Positions 6,251-10,954 of a stretch of DNA of 10,954 nt are shown here, piece by piece. Below the pieces are notes generated by a model. The model was not told the origin of the DNA and made no database searches. It was given only the letters and a program-made list of their open reading frames with translations. The position numbers were made by a program, and so were the translations under genes. The first letter of the stretch is position 1. The number at the start of each line of letters is the position of its first letter. Source of the DNA: Myxococcota bacterium (lineage in GTDB: Bacteria > Myxococcota > UBA4151); the NCBI GenBank assembly GCA_040260805.1, contig JBDQPD010000113.1:1-10954 (forward strand), written 5' to 3'.

Positions 6251-7350
6251 CCCCGATTCGAAAACTGGTCATCGCTCTTGCCGCCCTTGGGGTTGGGTTG
6301 GCGCTCTGGATCGGTTTGAACCGCAGCGATGCGTCGGTTAATGGTCCGCAGCGTTATGAGTTGCTGACCGACTCGCCAGTGGATCTAAACCAAGCTGAGC
6401 ATCGTGAGTTGTTCACGCTCGTCCTCCAAAAGCTTGGCGCCTTTGGCGCGGTACGTAGCGCCCTCAAACCGCGCATCGCGATTCCTGACTTTGCGCAGCC
6501 AACGCCCCAAAGCACGTTGGTTTTGCTGCAACGCCAAAAGGGTTCTTGGGCTGAGCCTAAAGGACGCCAGGAATTGCTGCGCATCATGGACCAGATCGGT
6601 CAGCGTTTAGGCGGAGCTCAAGTCCGCACGGGTATGATCACCAAGTTGCCGTTTCCAAATCGAGTCCCGGTGAAACTCAAGAACGGGCGATGTTGGCGCC
6701 TGAAAGCGGGGAATTCAAAAGAGCTGAACCGAGCGATCAAGGCGCTCAAGTCAGAGCTCGGCGATCGCTTCTGGTCGGTCGAGGACCTACCCGATGAGCT
6801 GGCGTTAGAGGCCCTTGCGTTGCGCATGGAACTCTACACCAAAGGCGGTGAATCTGCCTTGGTCTTTAGCGACGGTTTGTTGAGCGATTTTGACGTGCGC
6901 GCCGCGCAGGTGCGGGCTCAGGCCATCGACTGCGGCCGCGATGGGGTGGTTGAGATCCTCCCCTTCTTGATCGAGGAGTTCTCTACTGCTCGCTTTACGT
7001 CACTGTCGGGCAAGGGCTGGCTCTCCGCAAAAGGAGACCGAATCTTGGTGGTGGTGGATCTTCCTGAAGGCCTTGAGCAGCCTCGCTGGAGTCAGCTCAT
7101 CCAAGTGACGCCCGGGATCAGCGTGCACCAAACCGGTGGGCTCGGTACGGTTCAGTTGACGCCAGCTACCGCGCTGCACGACCAACTCGATTTCTCGGTG
7201 GGACCGAGCGAGGCGATGCAGTGGATGAGCTCGGCGGGGACACTCCTCATCGAGGTCGACCCAGGCCTCTCATCGGCTCAGCTCGCCGAAGTGCCCATGC
7301 CTCAAGGTTGGACGGTGAAACTTTCGCAAGCGACACGGGCTCACCCTTGA
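6247..7350 (+). CDS. Single-TM/signal-anchored hypothetical protein, possibly a divergent SecD/SecDF periplasmic P1-domain protein
   Basis: ATGA start/stop overlap with the rhomboid gene. N-terminus is RK followed by hydrophobic LVIALAALGVGLALWIGL; the rest is soluble. GLLSDFDVRAAQV / ARFTSLS / KGDRILVVVD / TGGLGTVQLT resemble SecD P1-head motifs in the correct order. Confidence 0.7.
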   Translation: MTPIRKLVIALAALGVGLALWIGLNRSDASVNGPQRYELLTDSPVDLNQAEHRELFTLVLQKLGAFGAVRSALKPRIAIPDFAQPTPQSTLVLLQRQKGSWAEPKGRQELLRIMDQIGQRLGGAQVRTGMITKLPFPNRVPVKLKNGRCWRLKAGNSKELNRAIKALKSELGDRFWSVEDLPDELALEALALRMELYTKGGESALVFSDGLLSDFDVRAAQVRAQAIDCGRDGVVEILPFLIEEFSTARFTSLSGKGWLSAKGDRILVVVDLPEGLEQPRWSQLIQVTPGISVHQTGGLGTVQLTPATALHDQLDFSVGPSEAMQWMSSAGTLLIEVDPGLSSAQLAEVPMPQGWTVKLSQATRAHP

Positions 7351-7426
7351 TCTTCGAGTCGTGGCCCGTCTAATCAAAGCAGCCCTTAGCGATCGCAGAT
7401 ATTTTCTTTGAGGTAGAATCCCAGCT

Positions 7427-8974
7427 TTGAAGCTTGATGACCAAAAGAACGCCCCCGCTTGGATGCCGGCTTTCGTCTCGCCTCGGATTTGGCGGATCTT
7501 AGCGATCGCTTTGCCCAGCGCCGTGGCGCTGGTGACTCAAGGTCTAATCAATCAGGTTGATCTATTTTTTATCGGACAAATTGGGACCGCAATGGACCCC
7601 CAATATGTGCCTCAGGCTGCGGACAGCGCAAAGCAGGTACTTGATTCAGTTCGAACCGATGGCCAAGCCGCTGTCGGTATATCGACTAAGGTCTTGTGGC
7701 TCTATGCGGGGATGTTGTCGTCCCTCGCGATTGGAACCCAGGCGATGGTCGCTCGCCGCGATGGCGAAGGTGATCAGCAAGCGGTGGGTCAAGTCGCCTT
7801 TAACTCGGTGGTGATTTCGGTCGCATTGAGCGTGGTGTTTACGTTCATCTCGATTTTGAGTTTGCCCTACTTGTTCGGTTATATTTCAGCCGGTGCAGAT
7901 GGTGTGATTCAGACCGGAATTGCCTACAGCCAGGTTCGCTTAGCGTCTTTGGTGATCATTGTTTGGACCGCATCGCAGCGCGCCTTCTTCGATGGCTTAG
8001 GCAAGACCTGGATCTTTATGGTGATCGCCTTTGGGATGAACGCCTTTAACATCTTCTTGGACTACTGCTTAGTCTTTGGCGCCTTTGGTTTGCCTCGGCT
8101 TGAGACCGTCGGCGCGGCGTGGGCCTCGGCGATTTCGGCGATCATCGGGCTCGTCGCGCTGGTGGCGTGGAGCGGTCTGCGTGATTTCCGTCGCTTCAGG
8201 CTGTGGAAGCTCAGCAACCTCAACCTCGGTTTGATGGGTAAGATTTTCGTCTTTAGTCTGCCGAATGGGTTGGCTACCGCGATTATGACCGGTGGATTTT
8301 TGCTCTTTGATAAAGTGGTCGCTGACCTCGATGTTCGGCGAGTTCATGGTGTCCTTGAGGCTGCGGGAATGAACGCCGCGACCATGAGCGAGCCGGCAAT
8401 CGCCGCTGCCGCTGCGAGTCTTGGAACCACGACGAGTCTTTATCAGGCAGCTACCCAGGTGATCATTGCCGTGATGATGGTCTTCTTTATGACCGGGTTC
8501 GGTTTCGGCGCTGCCGCGGCCACGCTGGTCAGTCAGCAGATGGGCGCCGGTCATCCGGAAGAGGCAGCCAAGGATGGCTGGTGGACGGTGCTGATCGGCG
8601 GCGGGCTGATGGCCTTGCTTGGCTTGTTCCTTGTGCTCATGCCCGAGTCGGTTGCTGCCATCTTTAATCCGCAAGATACCGCCTTGCATGAGGCAGCCGC
8701 CATGCCCTTGCGAATCGTTGGTCTGGGTGCGTTCTTTGTGGCTGGTTGTTTGATTCTGACGCAAGCGCTCTACAGCGCTGGTATGCCCCGCTTCGTCGCT
8801 GGGGTGACCGTAGTGGGTATTCTCTGGTTAGTTCCTGGTGCGCGCTGGCTGGGTCTAGGCATGGGTTGGGGGCTTACGGGCGTATGGCTTGCAGCAATCG
8901 GATTTGTGCTGATCTTGTTTGTCTCGATGGGGCTCATGTTCGTCTCTGGACGATGGCACCGGATTCAAATCTAG
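7427..8974 (+). CDS. MATE-family efflux transporter
   Basis: IWRILAIALP..LINQVDLFFIGQ, QAAVG, GTQAMVARRDGEGD, FFDGLGKT, NIFLDYCLVFGAFGLPRLETVGAAWASAIS, GFGAAAATLVSQQMGAG, GLTGVWLA; about 12 TM segments in two halves. The start is uncertain (TTG 7427 or ATG 7463). Confidence 0.93.
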   Translation: MKLDDQKNAPAWMPAFVSPRIWRILAIALPSAVALVTQGLINQVDLFFIGQIGTAMDPQYVPQAADSAKQVLDSVRTDGQAAVGISTKVLWLYAGMLSSLAIGTQAMVARRDGEGDQQAVGQVAFNSVVISVALSVVFTFISILSLPYLFGYISAGADGVIQTGIAYSQVRLASLVIIVWTASQRAFFDGLGKTWIFMVIAFGMNAFNIFLDYCLVFGAFGLPRLETVGAAWASAISAIIGLVALVAWSGLRDFRRFRLWKLSNLNLGLMGKIFVFSLPNGLATAIMTGGFLLFDKVVADLDVRRVHGVLEAAGMNAATMSEPAIAAAAASLGTTTSLYQAATQVIIAVMMVFFMTGFGFGAAAATLVSQQMGAGHPEEAAKDGWWTVLIGGGLMALLGLFLVLMPESVAAIFNPQDTALHEAAAMPLRIVGLGAFFVAGCLILTQALYSAGMPRFVAGVTVVGILWLVPGARWLGLGMGWGLTGVWLAAIGFVLILFVSMGLMFVSGRWHRIQI

Positions 8975-9034
8975 AGCCTCCCGGAATAAACCCTAGGCTC
9001 AAGCGTGCCGAAGCGCGTGGGCAAGGGGAGTGAT

Positions 9035-10954
9035 GTGAGAAGACGCCGCGGCGGAATCCTTTGGGTGGTTCTTATATTAGGTGCTGTATCTGCTGTGCTC
9101 GGCGCGAGCGTTGCAGGTTGGGGCTATTGGCACTTCTCGCGGAGCCTGCCTCGGATCGATTCTCTAGGTGACTATAAGCCCCCCTTGATCACCAAGGTCT
9201 GGGATCGAGACGGCAAACGTTTGTTGGCATCGTTCTTTGATCAGCGGCGAACCCTGGTCCCGCTCGAAACGGTCCCCAAGGTCGTGGTTGATGCGTTCCT
9301 CGCCGCTGAGGATGATGGTTTTTTTGAGCACGGCGGGGTCGACTACCTCGGCATCGTTCGCGCCGTCTTTAAGAACGTGTTTTCGGGTAGGAAGGCTCAA
9401 GGGGCTTCGACCATTACCCAGCAAACGGCGCGCGCCTTTTTGCTGACCAAAGAAAAGACCTACGTCCGAAAGATCAAAGAGATCTTGCTGACCTGGCGCA
9501 TCGAGGAGCGCTTCAGCAAAGAAGAGATCCTGTATTTGTACCTCAACCACATCTATTTCGGTGCGGGCTCGTATGGCGTTCAAGAAGCGAGCCGCCATTA
9601 TTTCGGACATGATGTTAACGAGGTGTCGCTCGCCGAGGCGGCGATGCTCGCTTCGCTTCCAAAGAGCCCAAACAACTACAACCCGCTTCGCTTTCCTGAG
9701 CGCGCTCAAAAACGGCGTGAGTGGGTTTTGGATATGATGGTGAAGAAGGGGTTCGCCAGCGCTGAGGACGTGAGCAAAGCTAAGGCTGATGGATTGAGTT
9801 TAGCGCCCGGTTCGAACCCTTACCTCGATGTTGCGCCTTATTACGCGGAGCATGTGCGCCGGATGCTCGAGGAAGAATACGGCCGCGAGACGCTCTATAA
9901 TGGCGGCTTGGATGTTCGAAGCGCAGTCGATCTGCGCATGCAAGCCGCGGCGCGCAGCGCGCTCAAGCGCGGGCTTGAGAACGTCGACCGAGCGCAAGGC
10001 TATCGAGGGCCTCTTTGGCGCGCTGCGGATGCGACCGAGACCAAGACCTTCGTGGCGCGGCTAGCGAAGAAGAAGTTACCTGCTGGTATGTTGTGGGATT
10101 TGAGTAAGCTGACCTCAGCTGCGTTGTCGACTGAAGAGGCGTTTGACGCAGCGGTGAATCCGGTCAAGCCAAGCCCCGGTTTGCACGTGGGGGTTCGCGT
10201 CCTTGAGATGGGGGTGACCCCGAAAACAGCCAAGAAGTCGAAGCGTCGTCGTCGCAGTCGCCTCGCGAGCGTCGAGCTGGGCGGTGGCTACACCGGACTG
10301 GTCGACTTGAGTGAGCGAGCTTGGCAAAAGGATTTAGGCAGGATGGGCAGAGTGTGGGGCAAGGGTCAGCGCCCCTACAGCTGGATTAAGCCTGGTGACG
10401 TTATTTTGGTTGAGTTGGTCGGTATCAAGGACAAGACGCTCACTCTAAAGGTGGATCAAAAGCCTCTGATTCAAGGTGCGCTTGTTGCCATCGACCCTCG
10501 CACGCGTGATGTCGTTGCGATGGTCGGTGGATACGAGTTCCGCGACAGCCCCTTTAATCGAGCTGTTCAAGGTCGTCGCCAGCCCGGCTCAGCTTTTAAG
10601 CCGATCGTGTATGGCGCGGGTCTGCGAAGTCGCAAGTTTACCGCCGCGACGATGATCTCGGATTCGCCCAAGGTCTTTCGCAATGCCGACACCGGTAACA
10701 CCTGGAAACCCAAAAACTATGCGGGTGATTTTGAGGGTGATATCTCGGTTCGTCACTGCCTAACGCACTCTAAAAATACCTGCTCCATTCAGATCGCAGA
10801 GTCGGTGGGTGCAGCTCAGATTCGCAGCTTGGCTCAAGCCCTCGGCGTGGAGAGTAGGTTGCCCAATGATCTGACCATCTCGTTGGGTTCGGGTGAGGTG
10901 CTCCCGCTTGAGCTGACCAATGCCTATGGCTCGCTCGCCGCAGGTGGGCGCTAC
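9035..10954 (+). CDS. mrcA: Class A penicillin-binding protein 1A (transglycosylase + OB-like insert + transpeptidase), 3'-truncated by the window edge
   Basis: Absent from the ORF track because there is no stop in the window. GGGGAG RBS at 9025-9030, GTG at 9035. My translation begins MRRRRGGILWVVLILGAVSAVLGASVAGWGYWHFSRSLP. GT51 motifs: AAEDDGFFEHGGVD (Glu92), QGASTITQQ, RKIKE, KEEILYLYLN. The insert runs GYRGP..IKPGDVILV. Transpeptidase motifs: RQPGSAFKP (Ser519, nt 10589-10591) and SKN (10769-10777). KTG would lie beyond the window. Confidence 0.96.
   Translation, partial: MRRRRGGILWVVLILGAVSAVLGASVAGWGYWHFSRSLPRIDSLGDYKPPLITKVWDRDGKRLLASFFDQRRTLVPLETVPKVVVDAFLAAEDDGFFEHGGVDYLGIVRAVFKNVFSGRKAQGASTITQQTARAFLLTKEKTYVRKIKEILLTWRIEERFSKEEILYLYLNHIYFGAGSYGVQEASRHYFGHDVNEVSLAEAAMLASLPKSPNNYNPLRFPERAQKRREWVLDMMVKKGFASAEDVSKAKADGLSLAPGSNPYLDVAPYYAEHVRRMLEEEYGRETLYNGGLDVRSAVDLRMQAAARSALKRGLENVDRAQGYRGPLWRAADATETKTFVARLAKKKLPAGMLWDLSKLTSAALSTEEAFDAAVNPVKPSPGLHVGVRVLEMGVTPKTAKKSKRRRRSRLASVELGGGYTGLVDLSERAWQKDLGRMGRVWGKGQRPYSWIKPGDVILVELVGIKDKTLTLKVDQKPLIQGALVAIDPRTRDVVAMVGGYEFRDSPFNRAVQGRRQPGSAFKPIVYGAGLRSRKFTAATMISDSPKVFRNADTGNTWKPKNYAGDFEGDISVRHCLTHSKNTCSIQIAESVGAAQIRSLAQALGVESRLPNDLTISLGSGEVLPLELTNAYGSLAAGGRY

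Noticed and set aside
7414..7419. TAGAAT as a sigma70 -10 box for MATE
   Set aside because: No acceptable -35 box or extended -10 TG at the right spacing.
7427..8974. MurJ lipid II flippase, suggested by adjacency to PBP1A
   Set aside because: The motifs and ~12-TM layout are those of MATE. The MurJ N-terminal SRxxGxxR signature and 14-TM layout are absent.
8974..9000. GAGCCT-N15-AGGCTC inverted repeat after the MATE stop
   Set aside because: Short stem, long loop and no U-tract; not a convincing terminator.
144..10327. The many short alternative-frame or antisense ORFs (e.g. 1371-1880, 4753-5112, 8069-8764, 9164-9709, 9237-9446)
   Set aside because: All overlap well-supported CDSs, show no recognisable motifs, and are expected shadows in GC-rich coding DNA. 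Those beyond 9035 lie within PBP1A.

Overview
Gene-dense, GC-rich (roughly 58-60% by eye) bacterial window. The cysteine-rich repeats and MopE-like motif suggest a Myxococcota/deltaproteobacterial origin (inference). It holds six real CDSs. (1) The 3' part of a large extracellular mosaic protein: DxDGDG Ca-binding repeats, a possible ZU5-like domain, five Myxococcus cysteine-rich repeats, a 7-blade RCC1-like propeller, a cadherin/Ig-like domain and a MopE-type motif. (2) A convergent ~736-aa orphan on the minus strand with a caspase/separase/gingipain-like (clan CD) His-Cys signature and a sigma28-like promoter upstream. A divergent plus-strand run follows: (3) a zinc-ribbon rhomboid protease, (4) a translationally coupled single-TM protein resembling a stand-alone SecD periplasmic (P1) domain, (5) a MATE transporter with two loop insertions, and (6) the 5' 640 codons of a class A PBP (PBP1A), which the ORF track missed because it runs off the window. 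I saw no RNA genes, CRISPR arrays or mobile elements. The best candidates for undescribed biology are the putative sigma28-controlled clan CD protease (possible secreted effector) and the rhomboid + SecD-P1-like pair. All family assignments come from motif recognition by eye; no searches were run.
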